Shown one piece after another: positions 27,402-37,720 of a DNA stretch of 64,000 nucleotides. How positions within the stretch are numbered: the stretch's first letter is position 1; every line of letters begins with the position of its first letter. Source of the stretch: Alphaproteobacteria bacterium. GTDB taxonomy: Bacteria; Pseudomonadota; Alphaproteobacteria; MPNO01; UBA830. Below the pieces are notes generated by a model. The model was not told the DNA's origin and made no database searches. It saw only the letters and a program-made list of their open reading frames with translations. A program made the position numbers and the translations under genes. The stretch is taken from the NCBI GenBank assembly GCA_965243135.1, contig OZ251539.1:224001-288000 (forward strand), given 5' to 3'.

Positions 27402-28751
27402 TCACGAGTTTCCGCGAGCGAGGAACGCGCCGCGGGGCGTTTCGTCGACGAGGGCGCCGTCGGCGGCGATCACGCGGCCGCGCAGCGCGGTCAGCACGGG
27501 CCAGCCTGCGAGCTCCGCGCCTTCGAACGGCGACCGTCCGGCGCGCGACCGGATGTCCGCCGCGGACACGACGCGGCGCCGTTCAGGGTCGACGAGCGCC
27601 ATGTCGCCGTCGGCGCCCGGCGCGAGAACGCCTTTTCGGCCCGCGAGGCCGAACAGTTCCGCCGGACGCTCCGCAAGCAGGCGGGCCGCGTCCGGCCAGG
27701 AAATCGCGCCCTTGGCGGCGAGGTCGAGGACGGCCGCGGCGATGGTGTCGAGGCCGGGAACGCCGCCCGGAACCTCGCGCGGCGCGTCGCCGGCCTTTTC
27801 CGCCTCGGCATGCGGCGCATGGTCGGATCCGACGAAGTCGATCGTTCCGTCGGCCGCGGCCGCGACGGCGGCCCTGCGATCCGCGCCGCTTCGAAGCGGC
27901 GGAATCATGAAGGCGAACCCGCGCAGGCTCGTCAGCAGGGCGGCGTCGAGACGGAGGTGATGCGGCGTCGCCTCCACGGCGAGCGGCAGCGCTTCGGCCT
28001 TGGCCCGGCGCGCGAGCGCGAAGCCGCGGGCCGTGCTGACCTGCCGCAGCACGGTTCGGGCTCCGGTCGCCCGGCAGATCTCGATCGCCGCGGCGATGCC
28101 GACCGCTTCCGCGAGCGGCTCTCGGGTTTCGGCGAACGCCCGGAAATCCGCGCAATCCGCCGGCAGTTCGGCAAGCCGGCGATCGAGAAGCCGCTGCTGT
28201 CCGGCGTAGACTCCGATCACCGCTCCGAGCGCCGCGACGCGTTCCGCCGCGGCGGCGTAGTGGTCGACGTCGAGGCGGTCGTTTTCGGGGGCGTCCGACA
28301 TGAGCGCCTCGAACGAGGTCGCGCCGGCGTTCCAGAGATCGCCGAGAGACTCGAGGTTGTCGCGCGCGACTCCCGCCTGCAGCGCGAAGTCGACGCGGCT
28401 CGACCCCTCGCCGGCCGCCCGCGCCAGCGCGAAACCGGACGGCGACGAGACCGGCGGGCTGGTGTTGGGCATGCACATCACGGTCGTTACGCCGCCGCAG
28501 GCGGCGGCGCGCGTGCCGGATCCGAAGTCCTCCTTGCGGGCCGCGCCGGGATCGCGCATGTGCACGTGCGCGTCGACGAAGCCGGGAAAAAGCAGGAGTC
28601 CGCGCGCGTCGATCACGGTATCCGCCGTCGCCGGCGCCTCGCCGTCCGCGAGCAGCCGGTCGATCCGGCCGTCGTCGCCGACGATCGCGCCGCCGGCCGA
28701 GATCCCGCGTCCGGAGACCAGCCGGGCGTTGTGGATGCAGAGCAGGGGCAT
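27402..28751 (-). CDS. Dihydroorotase/allantoinase-like cyclic amidohydrolase with atypical metal ligands
   Basis: PGFVDAHVHMRDPG, GGVTTV..MPNT, GSDHAPH. Confidence 0.88.
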   Translation of the reverse strand: MPLLCIHNARLVSGRGISAGGAIVGDDGRIDRLLADGEAPATADTVIDARGLLLFPGFVDAHVHMRDPGAARKEDFGSGTRAAACGGVTTVMCMPNTSPPVSSPSGFALARAAGEGSSRVDFALQAGVARDNLESLGDLWNAGATSFEALMSDAPENDRLDVDHYAAAAERVAALGAVIGVYAGQQRLLDRRLAELPADCADFRAFAETREPLAEAVGIAAAIEICRATGARTVLRQVSTARGFALARRAKAEALPLAVEATPHHLRLDAALLTSLRGFAFMIPPLRSGADRRAAVAAAADGTIDFVGSDHAPHAEAEKAGDAPREVPGGVPGLDTIAAAVLDLAAKGAISWPDAARLLAERPAELFGLAGRKGVLAPGADGDMALVDPERRRVVSAADIRSRAGRSPFEGAELAGWPVLTALRGRVIAADGALVDETPRGAFLARGNS

Positions 28752-28788
28752 TGCAGGCACTATATCATCGGCGCCGGGGAGAACGGCC

Positions 28789-29790
28789 GTGAAGCTTCGC
28801 ATTCTGACAGAGTCCGACGTTCGCAGCGTCATCGACATGAAGGCCGCGATCGAGATCCAGAAGGACGCTTTCGAGCGGCTCGCCTCGGGCGCCGCGGTCG
28901 ACGGCTTGCGGAGCTTCGCGCGGTCGGAGACGCCTGCCGGCATCGCGATCTTCAACCCGTGCTTCCTTCGGGGCGGCGGCGGCTTCGGCGTCAAGGTCGT
29001 TTCGGACTATTTCGGAAACGACGTTCGCGGCGCGACCAGGATGTCGGCGTTGATGGCTCTGTTCGACGGCGAGACCGGGCATCCGCGGACGGTGATGGAA
29101 GGCGGGTATCTCACCGATCTCCGCACCGGCGCCGGAACCGGCCTCGCGGCGCGCTATCTCGCCCGCGAGGACAGCCGCGCGCTCGCCCTGATCGGCTCCG
29201 GGCGGGTCGCTCGCAACCAGGTCGCGGGGATCGCGAGCGCATTCCGGGTGGACCGCATTCTCGTCGCGGACCGGACGAGGACCCGCGGCCTGGTCGCGGC
29301 GCTGACGACGCGCGACGGCTGGGATCCGGAACGGGTGTCGGTCGTCGCTTCCGCGGACGAAGCGGTTTCGCAGGCCGACATCGTCGTCGCCGCCACGACC
29401 TCCCGCGCGCCGGTTTTCTCCGGGACGTCGCTGCGTCCCGGCGCGTTCGTGGCGGCCGTCGGCGCGAACGCGCCGGACGCGCGGGAACTGGACGACGACG
29501 CCGTCCGGCGGGCCGCCCTGCGCGTGATCGACAGCCGCCGCGATTGCCTCGCGAACGCGGGGGACTACGCGATTCCCGCCGGCCGGGGAACGATCGACCT
29601 TGAGTCGGTCGCGGAGCTGTCGGAAATCGTGACCGGCGCGCGGCCCGGCCGCCGGAACGACGACGACATCGTCTGCTACAAGTCGATCGGCGTTCCCGTT
29701 CAGGATCTGGTGACGGCGCAGGCGATCGAAACGGAGGCCGTCGCCCGGAACGTCGGCACGGTGATCGATATCGGCGGCGACTACGGTTGA
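28789..29790 (+). CDS. Ornithine cyclodeaminase / mu-crystallin family protein
   Basis: GVKVVS, LTDLRTGA, IGSG..A, YKSIG..QD. Confidence 0.92.
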   Translation: MKLRILTESDVRSVIDMKAAIEIQKDAFERLASGAAVDGLRSFARSETPAGIAIFNPCFLRGGGGFGVKVVSDYFGNDVRGATRMSALMALFDGETGHPRTVMEGGYLTDLRTGAGTGLAARYLAREDSRALALIGSGRVARNQVAGIASAFRVDRILVADRTRTRGLVAALTTRDGWDPERVSVVASADEAVSQADIVVAATTSRAPVFSGTSLRPGAFVAAVGANAPDARELDDDAVRRAALRVIDSRRDCLANAGDYAIPAGRGTIDLESVAELSEIVTGARPGRRNDDDIVCYKSIGVPVQDLVTAQAIETEAVARNVGTVIDIGGDYG

Positions 29791-30044
29791 AAGGGAGTTT
29801 GGCGCCGCTTCGCCGGAGCGTCGTCGCCCGTCTCCGGCGAAGCGGGCGAGCGGCATGGTCCGCCGGACGGATGCCCGCCTTCGCGCTGCCGGTCGTTGCG
29901 TCGGCGGCAGCGGCCCTTGACCGGGCTTTCGCGTCCCCTACGCTGTTTCCGGAGGGTGCGCCGCGGATTCGCCGCGGATTTCGCGCGCCGCGGAAGCGGC
30001 TTCGGCCGCCGGGCGAACCGGCAACGCGAACGAGGCGTCGGACG

Positions 30045-31643
30045 ATGGAAAAAATGGAATTCGATCACGTGATCGTGGGCGGCGGCTCCGCGGGATGCGT
30101 GATCGCCGCGCGCCTCGCCGCGGAGAGCTCCGACGCGGTCGCCCTTGTGGAGCGCGGACGCGGAGACGACAGCCGCTGGATCCATATTCCGGCCACCTTT
30201 TTCAAGGCGATTCAGAGCCAGGACGCCGAAGCCGTCGTGTCGGAACCCGATCCGACGCTCGACGGATTGCCGTTTCCCGTGCCGCAGGGCCGGGTGCTGG
30301 GCGGCGGCTCGTCGGTCAACGGCATGCTGTACATGCGCGGACAGCGCCGGGACTACGACGATTGGGAGCGCGCGCACGGTTGCAAGGGCTGGAGCTACGC
30401 CGACGTGCTGCCGGTCTTCCGGCGCCAGGAGAGGAACGTCAGGATCCGCAACGAGTATCACGGCGCCGAAGGCAGGCTCGTCGTGGCCGATCCGCATTCT
30501 CCGCATCCGGTCTCGAAAGCCGTCATCGAAGCCGCTGTCGGGGCGGGCGTCCCTCCCACCGACGATTTCAACGGCGCGACCCAGGAGGGCGTCGGCTGGT
30601 ATCAGATAACCGCTCACGGCGGACAGCGGCAATCGGCGGCGCATTGCTTCCTGAAACCGGAACTCGGGCGCGAGAACCTTTCGCTCCTGACCGGCATGCT
30701 CGTCGAGCGAATCCGGATCGACGACCGGCGGGCGACGGCCGTCGAGGCGCGGCGCGGCGACGGCGGCGAGGTGCTGATCGCCGCCCGCAAGGGCGTCGTC
30801 CTGTCCGCCGGCAGCTTTCAGAGCCCGAAGTTGCTGATGCTCTCCGGCGTCGGTCCCAGAGACGAGCTGCTTCGCCACGGGATCGACCTGGTGTGCGATT
30901 CTCCCGAAGTCGGCGCCAACTATCAGGATCACGTCGGCGCTCCGGTCACGAGGCGGTTGGCCGGAGCGAAAGGCTTTCACGGCGCGGACAGGGGACTGTC
31001 GGCCCTCAGGCACGGTTTCGACTATTTCGTCCTGAAGCGAGGCCTGTTGATGTCCAATCTCCTCGAGGCCGGCGCCTGCGTCGACACCGGCGGAACGGGC
31101 CGGCCCGACGTCCAGTACAATTTCGCTCCCTTCGCCCCGGGCCGGCCCGGAGAGCCGCCGCTTCCGCTGCACGCGGTCCAGGTCCACCCGATGACCATGC
31201 GTCCGAAATCCCGCGGCCGCCTCGGTCTCAGGTCGAGGGATCCGAAAGACGCGCCGCGGTTCGAGTCGCGCGTTCTCGACGGCGAGGAGGACCTCGACGC
31301 GCTGCGCCGCGGCGTTCGCCTGGCGCAGGAGATATTCGCGCAGCCGCCGCTTCGCGAGATCGTGGGCGAGGAAATCTGGCCGGGCCCCGACGTCAGTTCC
31401 GCGGTCGGATCCAACACGCTCGACGACGCGATCCGGAAGCAGGCGCGCACGATCTTCCATCCCGCCGGCACCTGCCGCATGGGAGGCGACCGGCGCGCGG
31501 TGGTCGACCCGGAACTCCGGTTGAACGGCGTGGACAACCTGCGCGTGGCCGATTGCTCGGTCATGCCGGCGCTGGTTTCGGGCAATACCAACGCGCCGAC
31601 GATGATGATCGCCGACAGGGCGGCCGACCTGATTCTCGGTTGA
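30045..31643 (+). CDS. GMC-family FAD oxidoreductase (choline dehydrogenase-like)
   Basis: GGGSAG, GRVLGGGSSVNGM, HPAGTCRMG, SGNTNAP. Confidence 0.95.
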   Translation: MEKMEFDHVIVGGGSAGCVIAARLAAESSDAVALVERGRGDDSRWIHIPATFFKAIQSQDAEAVVSEPDPTLDGLPFPVPQGRVLGGGSSVNGMLYMRGQRRDYDDWERAHGCKGWSYADVLPVFRRQERNVRIRNEYHGAEGRLVVADPHSPHPVSKAVIEAAVGAGVPPTDDFNGATQEGVGWYQITAHGGQRQSAAHCFLKPELGRENLSLLTGMLVERIRIDDRRATAVEARRGDGGEVLIAARKGVVLSAGSFQSPKLLMLSGVGPRDELLRHGIDLVCDSPEVGANYQDHVGAPVTRRLAGAKGFHGADRGLSALRHGFDYFVLKRGLLMSNLLEAGACVDTGGTGRPDVQYNFAPFAPGRPGEPPLPLHAVQVHPMTMRPKSRGRLGLRSRDPKDAPRFESRVLDGEEDLDALRRGVRLAQEIFAQPPLREIVGEEIWPGPDVSSAVGSNTLDDAIRKQARTIFHPAGTCRMGGDRRAVVDPELRLNGVDNLRVADCSVMPALVSGNTNAPTMMIADRAADLILG

Positions 31644-31811
31644 CGGACGGCGGGCCGCGCCGCGTTGCCGCTCGGCGCAGCCGCAGGCGTTCGAGGACGG
31701 GCCGTCCGACCCGCTTGCCGGCCGGCCCCGGCGGCTTCCCTGTCGCGCTTGCGGAAGCGGCGGGACGCTCCTATACGGAAGAGGTTGCCGGTGCCGCTTC
31801 GGGAAGAGGCT

Positions 31812-32606
31812 ATGGAATCGGATTTCGCACTCGACGGCCGGATCGCCGTGGTCACCGGCCCGGCGAAGGGGATGGGCGCCGAGGTGACGGCCACCCTCGC
31901 GCGGGCCGGCGCCGATCTGGTTCTCGCCGGCCGGGATCTCGCTCCGGTCGAAGAGGTCGCGGAGGAGGCGCGGGCGCTTGGACGCCGCGCGGTCGTCGTT
32001 CGGTGCGACGTGACCTCTCCGACCGAAGTGGACGCGCTGCGCGACGCGGCGCTGGACGCTTTCGACGGCCGGATCGACGTTCTGGTCAACATCGCCGGCG
32101 GGACCGGTCCGTTGGGGAGAAGCGCCTGGGAAACGACCCCGGAAGAGTTCGACGAGATTGTCGCCCTCAACACGAAGGGCTGCTTTCTGACCATGCGTTC
32201 TTTCATGCCGGCGATGATCGCCCGCAAGTACGGCAAGATCGTCAACGTCGGAGGGACGTTCGGACTGCGCGGCCGCGCGCAGCGCGCGGCCTACAGCGCT
32301 TCCAAATGGGGGCTTCGCGGCATCACCAAGAGCACCGCTCTCGAAGTCGGGGAGCACAACGTCAACGTGAACTGCGTGTGCCCGGGCATGGTGGACGGCC
32401 CCCGCTTCGAGAAGGTCTGCGCCGAAAGCGCGAGGCGGCTCGGCATCTCTCGCGCCGAAGCCCGCCGAAGGCACGAAGCGGAATACGCGCTCAGGCGCGT
32501 TTCCACCGCCCGCGACGTCGCGAACGCCGTTCTGTTTCTCGCCGCCGACGCATCCCGTAATATCACCGGTCAGGATCTCGCCGTCGACGGCGGATGGGTC
32601 ATTTGA
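31812..32606 (+). CDS. Short-chain dehydrogenase/reductase
   Basis: TGPAKGMG, YSASK, ITGQDL.VDGG. Confidence 0.95.
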   Translation: MESDFALDGRIAVVTGPAKGMGAEVTATLARAGADLVLAGRDLAPVEEVAEEARALGRRAVVVRCDVTSPTEVDALRDAALDAFDGRIDVLVNIAGGTGPLGRSAWETTPEEFDEIVALNTKGCFLTMRSFMPAMIARKYGKIVNVGGTFGLRGRAQRAAYSASKWGLRGITKSTALEVGEHNVNVNCVCPGMVDGPRFEKVCAESARRLGISRAEARRRHEAEYALRRVSTARDVANAVLFLAADASRNITGQDLAVDGGWVI

Positions 32607-32616
32607 CGGAGGAGGC

Positions 32617-34050
32617 ATGGCGGATACCGTCATACGCAGGGGAAAGGTCGTCTCGCCGGCGGCGACCGTAGAGGCCGACGTCGCCATCGCGGGCGAGAAG
32701 ATCGCCGCGGTGACGATGCCGGGGCTTCTGCCCGAGGCCGAAGTCGAGATCGACGCGGCCGGACTGTTCGTGCTGCCGGGAGCCGTGGACAGCCACGTTC
32801 ATTTCCGCGAGCCGGGCTACGAATACAAGGAGGATTGGGCGACCGGCACGGCTTCGGCGGCCTGCGGCGGCACGACCACCGTGTTCGAGATGCCGAATAC
32901 CGATCCGCCCACCGGCACGCTCGAGGCGCTGGAATTGAAGCAGCGCCGCGCCGCCGCGCAGGCGCACGTCGATTACGGAATTTACGGCCTGCTCGACGAG
33001 AACAACATCGATTCGCTCGAAGACCTGATCGAGGCGGGGGTCAGCGGTTTCAAGTGCTTCATGGGAAATACCTTCGGCGATCTGCCGGCTCCGTCGGACG
33101 GCGCGATGCTGGAAGGTTTCGAGATTCTCGCGCGGCGCGGGCACCGCTGCACGGTGCATGCCGAGAATCCTTCGATCATGGCCCGACGCCAGGCGCGGAT
33201 GGAAGCGGCGGGCCGCTCGGATCCGTTGGCGCATCTCGCCGCGCGCCCGGAAATCTGCGCCGTCGAGGCGGTCGGCCGCGCCGTCGCCTTCGCGGAATGG
33301 ACGGGAGCGCGGCTTCACGTCGCCCACAAGAGCTCCGGCGACGCTCTCTACATTCTGCGGGACGCGAAGGCGCGGGGCGTCGACGTGACGGTCGAGACCT
33401 GTCCGCATTACCTGCTCATGGACGCCCGGGACATGGAGCGCCTCGGCGGCGCGCTTCGGGTCAATCCGCCGATCCGCGAGCCCGGTCACGCCGACGCGCT
33501 GTGGGAAGCCCTGCATGACGGCACGATCGACATGATCGCGACCGACCACGCGCCGCATCTGCCCGAAGAGAAGTCCTCGGAGAACATCTGGCGCTGCGAC
33601 TGCGGCTTTCCCGGCGTCGAAACCCAGATGCCCGTCATGCTGACGCAGGTGAACGCGGGACGGATGACGATCAACCAGTACGTCGAGTGGTCGGCGGCGG
33701 CGCCGGCGCGCGCATGGGGATGCTATCCGGCGAAGGGCGCGTTGCAGCCGGGATCGGACGCCGACGTCGCCATCGTCGATCTCGGGCGGGGCGGCGTCGT
33801 CGACCGCGAGAAAATCCGCAGCAAGAGCAAGATCACGCCGTGGCACGGCTTCGAAACCACCGCGTCGGTGGTGTCGACGCTGGTCCGCGGCCGCGTCGTC
33901 GCGAGGGACGGCGAGCTGGTCGGCGAAGAAGGGTGGGGCCGGCCCGTGGCGCAGTCGATGCCGCCGCCCCGGCCCCGCAACGTCGACAAGACCATGGCGG
34001 CGATCGTCCGCTCGCCCGGCGGCCGTCGGCCAACCGGAGAATCCGGATGA
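32617..34050 (+). CDS. Allantoinase/dihydroorotase-family cyclic amidohydrolase
   Basis: DSHVHFREPG, GFKCFMG, VHAEN, HVAH, ATDHAPH (complete ligand set). Confidence 0.92.
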   Translation: MADTVIRRGKVVSPAATVEADVAIAGEKIAAVTMPGLLPEAEVEIDAAGLFVLPGAVDSHVHFREPGYEYKEDWATGTASAACGGTTTVFEMPNTDPPTGTLEALELKQRRAAAQAHVDYGIYGLLDENNIDSLEDLIEAGVSGFKCFMGNTFGDLPAPSDGAMLEGFEILARRGHRCTVHAENPSIMARRQARMEAAGRSDPLAHLAARPEICAVEAVGRAVAFAEWTGARLHVAHKSSGDALYILRDAKARGVDVTVETCPHYLLMDARDMERLGGALRVNPPIREPGHADALWEALHDGTIDMIATDHAPHLPEEKSSENIWRCDCGFPGVETQMPVMLTQVNAGRMTINQYVEWSAAAPARAWGCYPAKGALQPGSDADVAIVDLGRGGVVDREKIRSKSKITPWHGFETTASVVSTLVRGRVVARDGELVGEEGWGRPVAQSMPPPRPRNVDKTMAAIVRSPGGRRPTGESG

Positions 34051-34457
34051 GCGACCTGACCGTGACCGCCGGACCGTTCAGATTCGACGCGCGTTTCGAG
34101 CCGGACGCCCCCGATACGGTGGCGGCCTTCAAGGCGGCCATGCCGTTCCGGAGCAAGGTGATCCACGTGCGATGGAGCGGCGAAGGCGTGTGGATACCCC
34201 TCGGCGACCGGGATTTCGGGGTGGGCTACGAGAATCACACCAGCTACCCGGCGCCGGGCCAGATCATCCTGTATCCGGGCGGAATCAGCGAAACCGAGAT
34301 CCTTCTCGCCTATGGCGGCGTTCATTTCGCGTCGAAGATGGGCCAGCTTGCGGGCAACCATTTCGTCACGCTGACGTCCGGGCTGGAGAATCTCCCGGCG
34401 CTCGGCAAGCTGACGCTTTGGGAGGGCGCGCAGGACGTGCTGTTCGAAGCGGCATGA
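34047..34457 (+). CDS. DUF3830-family (cyclophilin-like) protein
   Basis: IHVRWSGEGVWIP, YENHTSYP, SETEILLAYG, GQLAGNHF. Confidence 0.88.
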   Translation: MSDLTVTAGPFRFDARFEPDAPDTVAAFKAAMPFRSKVIHVRWSGEGVWIPLGDRDFGVGYENHTSYPAPGQIILYPGGISETEILLAYGGVHFASKMGQLAGNHFVTLTSGLENLPALGKLTLWEGAQDVLFEAA

Positions 34458-35947
34458 CGTCGACGCTTTTCCGTCTTGCGGGCGGAACGGTTCTCACCTT
34501 CGACGAGCGCATGGCCGTTCACGACGGCGGAGAGGTCTGGTTTCGCGACGGGCGAATCGTGGCCGCGGGAATGCCCGGCGTCTGGCGGCCCGCCGCGGGA
34601 GAACCGGTCGAAACCGTGGACGCGTCGGGACGCATCGTCGTCCCGGGTTTCGTGAACGCCCACAGCCATTCCTACACGGCGATCCTCAAGGGGACGGTCG
34701 AAAAGGATCCGCTCGACATCTACATGCTTCGCGTCATCGCCGCCGGCGCGGCCATGACGCCGCGAGAAATCTACGTGAGCGCCCAGCTCGACGCCCTTTC
34801 GATGCTGCGTTTCGGCATCACGTCGGTAATCGACCACCATTCGGAACGCCCGGCGTTGACGGCCGCCGGCCTCGATGCGGTCTGCAGGGCGTTCGACGAT
34901 ATCGGCATCCGGGCGACGGTCGCGCCGATGTTTTCCGACAAGCCGTATATCGACACGATACCGCTCGATCCGGACGCGCTTCCGGCGGAGATCCGGGAAT
35001 GGTACGCCGCCGCGCCGGCTCCGGACCCCGCGGCGTATTTCGCGATCGTTGCGGACGCGCTGGCCGCTTCCGGAAGGGTTCGCGTCGTTCTCGGCGTCGA
35101 CGGCCCCCAGCGCTGCTCCGGGCAGCTGATGCGCATGACCGCCGAGTTCCAGCGCCGTCACGGGGCGGCGCTCCATACGCATATGCTCGAGACCAAGACG
35201 CAGGCCGCCATGCGCCGGGGCGAGGGTTTCGTTCGCCGGATGGTCGATTCCGGGATTTTGAACGAAAGATCCTCGCTCGTGCATTTTATCTGGTCTCGCG
35301 ACGACGATATCGCCGCGGCTCGCGAGGCCGGGGTCACGGTCGTTCACTGCCCGCAGTCGAACCTGATGCTCGGCGCCGGAATTTGTCCGGTGCTGCGCTT
35401 GCGGGAGGCCGGGATACGGGTCGCTTTCGGCACGGACGGCAGCAATTGCGGCCCCGCGAATTATCTCGAAAATTTGCGTCTCGCGACCGGTCTCATGCGC
35501 TTGACGGAACCGGATTTCGAGAAATGGCCGGATTCGGACGCGGTCCTTAAGGAAGCCTATGCGGCCGGCGCAAGGGCGGCGGGATGGCCGGGCGAAACCG
35601 GCGAAATCGCGCCCGGCGCGCGCGCCGACCTCGTGGTTTTCCATCCTCTGGCCCATCTGCACCGGCCGATGGAGGATCCCTATCGTCATCTGCTTCACTA
35701 CGAGAACGGCGGTTCGGTGGAAAGCGTGTGGGTCGACGGCAGAATGGTGGTCGAGGACGGCCGCGTCGTCACCGTCGACGAAGATGCGCTGATCGCCGAG
35801 GCCGAAGAGATAAGCGCCCGCCGCCGGGCGTCGCTGCCGCCGGAAGCCGCGGCCCGGATCGAGGCGCAGCGTTCCGCGTTCCGCAGCATGATTCTGGAGC
35901 AACTGGCGGCGGACGCGGGAATGGAACGTCGTGTTTCGCTGCGTTAG
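34454..35947 (+). CDS. Metal-dependent deaminase (AtzB / MTA-SAH deaminase-like amidohydrolase)
   Basis: PGFVNAHSH, HTHMLET, HCPQSN, GTDG. Confidence 0.9.
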   Translation: MTSTLFRLAGGTVLTFDERMAVHDGGEVWFRDGRIVAAGMPGVWRPAAGEPVETVDASGRIVVPGFVNAHSHSYTAILKGTVEKDPLDIYMLRVIAAGAAMTPREIYVSAQLDALSMLRFGITSVIDHHSERPALTAAGLDAVCRAFDDIGIRATVAPMFSDKPYIDTIPLDPDALPAEIREWYAAAPAPDPAAYFAIVADALAASGRVRVVLGVDGPQRCSGQLMRMTAEFQRRHGAALHTHMLETKTQAAMRRGEGFVRRMVDSGILNERSSLVHFIWSRDDDIAAAREAGVTVVHCPQSNLMLGAGICPVLRLREAGIRVAFGTDGSNCGPANYLENLRLATGLMRLTEPDFEKWPDSDAVLKEAYAAGARAAGWPGETGEIAPGARADLVVFHPLAHLHRPMEDPYRHLLHYENGGSVESVWVDGRMVVEDGRVVTVDEDALIAEAEEISARRRASLPPEAAARIEAQRSAFRSMILEQLAADAGMERRVSLR

Positions 35948-36031
35948 CGCGCCCGGCGGAGAGCGTCGCTTCCGGCGGAAAGCCTTCCGTCGCCCGACCG
36001 CCGGCGCGGTCCCGGGGAGAGGAGGGGCCGG

Positions 36032-36523
36032 ATGATCCCGGATTTCAGAGAGCGCCTCGTATGGGACGGAGGGGAAATCCGCGACGGCGAAATACGCTAC
36101 CTGATGATCAGGCCGGACGGGTTTATGGGCATGTTCGCGCGCCTGAGCCCGGACGCTCGCGCGGAGGCGCTGGAGGCCGCGTGCGCCTCGATCGCGGAAC
36201 ACGGCGCGAAGAGCGCCGGCGCGTACCGGGACATGGGAGCGGAGGACGCGTCGGCGTTGCTGGACGTCATCGTCCGGACGGCCCCGCAGCTTGGCTGGGG
36301 CGAATGGCGTTTTACGGAAACGGGTTCCGGTCGGCTTGCGCTTCGCGTCGACAACAGCCCGTTCGCCGCCGGATCCGGCGGCGCCGACGGCCCGGTATGC
36401 GCCCCGATACGCGGGATGCTGACGGCGCTGGCCGGCATGATCTTCGATCGCCCGGTTCGGGTTTCGGAGACCGACTGCGCCGCTTGCGGCGCGCCGTCAT
36501 GCCTCTTCGCGGCGGAGGCATGA
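36032..36523 (+). CDS. Stand-alone V4R-domain protein
   Basis: LGWG, NSPFA, PVC...G...ETDC.A.G...C.F. Confidence 0.85.
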   Translation: MIPDFRERLVWDGGEIRDGEIRYLMIRPDGFMGMFARLSPDARAEALEAACASIAEHGAKSAGAYRDMGAEDASALLDVIVRTAPQLGWGEWRFTETGSGRLALRVDNSPFAAGSGGADGPVCAPIRGMLTALAGMIFDRPVRVSETDCAACGAPSCLFAAEA

Positions 36524-36684
36524 GGCGGCTTGCGCCGCGAAAGCGGCGCCCCGTCCGGACGGCGCGGCGGAGCGGCGCCGACGAGAAGGACAGGAGGAGC
36601 CATGTTTGTTGCCGCAACGCGCCCGGCCCGTTATCCTCGCTCCGACTTCATACCGGATTGTAGAACGAGAACAGGAGGCAGACG

Positions 36685-37680
36685 ATGTTCACCAGAATCG
36701 CGGCGGCAGCGGCGCTTGCCGCAGGGTTCGCGCTGTCGGCGGGCGCGCCCGGCGACGCGCGGGCGGAGACCAAGCTTTCGCTCGTCTATCCGTTTCCGGA
36801 TTTTCTGATCTATACGAAACGGTGCAAGGAACTGGCGGAGAAGATCAGCCGGCAGGGCGACGTCAAGATCGAGGTTCTGCCGTTCAATTCGATCAAGATG
36901 TTCCAGCAGCCTCCCGCCGTGAAGAGCGGCCGCGTCGATCTGGCGTGCACGCCTGCCGCCTTCTATGCGCGCGCCGTTCCCGAGAACGAGGCGATTTCGA
37001 CGTCGAATTCCTCGCCGGCCAAGGTGCGCGCCAACGGCGGCATGGCGATGATCGACGAGCTGCAGCAGAAGCACTTCAACGTGAAATACCTCGGCTGGAC
37101 GGATTCCGGCGCGCATTTCCGGATCTATATGAAAAACGAGCCGAAATGGACGAAAGACGGCCTGCTGGATCTGACGGGCGTGAAACTCCGCGACAATCCC
37201 ATCTACGGAGCCTTCTTCCGCGCCCTGAAGGGTTCCACCCACAATCTCTCGGCGACTCAGGTATACGGCGCGCTCGAAAAAGGCGTCGTCGACGCCAGCG
37301 CCTGGGCGACCTACGGCCTGATCGCGCTCAAGTGGGACAAGTTTCTCCGTCACGCCGTCGCCCCCGAATTCTACCAGACGGACGTCGGCTGGATGATGAA
37401 CCTCGACAGCTGGAACAAGCTCGATTCGAAGTCGCGCAAGCAGCTCGAAGGCGCGGTGATCGCGCACGAAAGCGAACAGCGCGCCTTGCTCGAAAAGCTT
37501 GCGGCCGAGGAAAAGGCGACGTTGGAGAAGGGCGGCATGCGGTTCCACGCCGTTCCGAAGCCGGAGGCCTATCTCAAGATCGCCGTCGACGCCTCCTACG
37601 ATCGGGTCGTCGACCGCCTGAAGAAGGCGAACCGGGACACGGCGCACGTCGCCAGGCTGCGCTCGTTGTTCCAGGAATGA
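36685..37680 (+). CDS. dctP: TRAP transporter substrate-binding protein
   Basis: Signal peptide, DLTGVKLR, VYGALEKGVVD. Confidence 0.9.
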   Translation: MFTRIAAAAALAAGFALSAGAPGDARAETKLSLVYPFPDFLIYTKRCKELAEKISRQGDVKIEVLPFNSIKMFQQPPAVKSGRVDLACTPAAFYARAVPENEAISTSNSSPAKVRANGGMAMIDELQQKHFNVKYLGWTDSGAHFRIYMKNEPKWTKDGLLDLTGVKLRDNPIYGAFFRALKGSTHNLSATQVYGALEKGVVDASAWATYGLIALKWDKFLRHAVAPEFYQTDVGWMMNLDSWNKLDSKSRKQLEGAVIAHESEQRALLEKLAAEEKATLEKGGMRFHAVPKPEAYLKIAVDASYDRVVDRLKKANRDTAHVARLRSLFQE

Positions 37681-37720
37681 ACGCCTGCCGGTCCCCGCTT
37701 TCGGGCGGGGACCGGCCACG

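Noticed and set aside
29781-32687. Long antisense ORFs (for example 968 aa here, 1011 aa at 49003, 844 aa at 6739)
   Set aside because: Stop-poor shadow frames expected at high GC opposite well-supported genes
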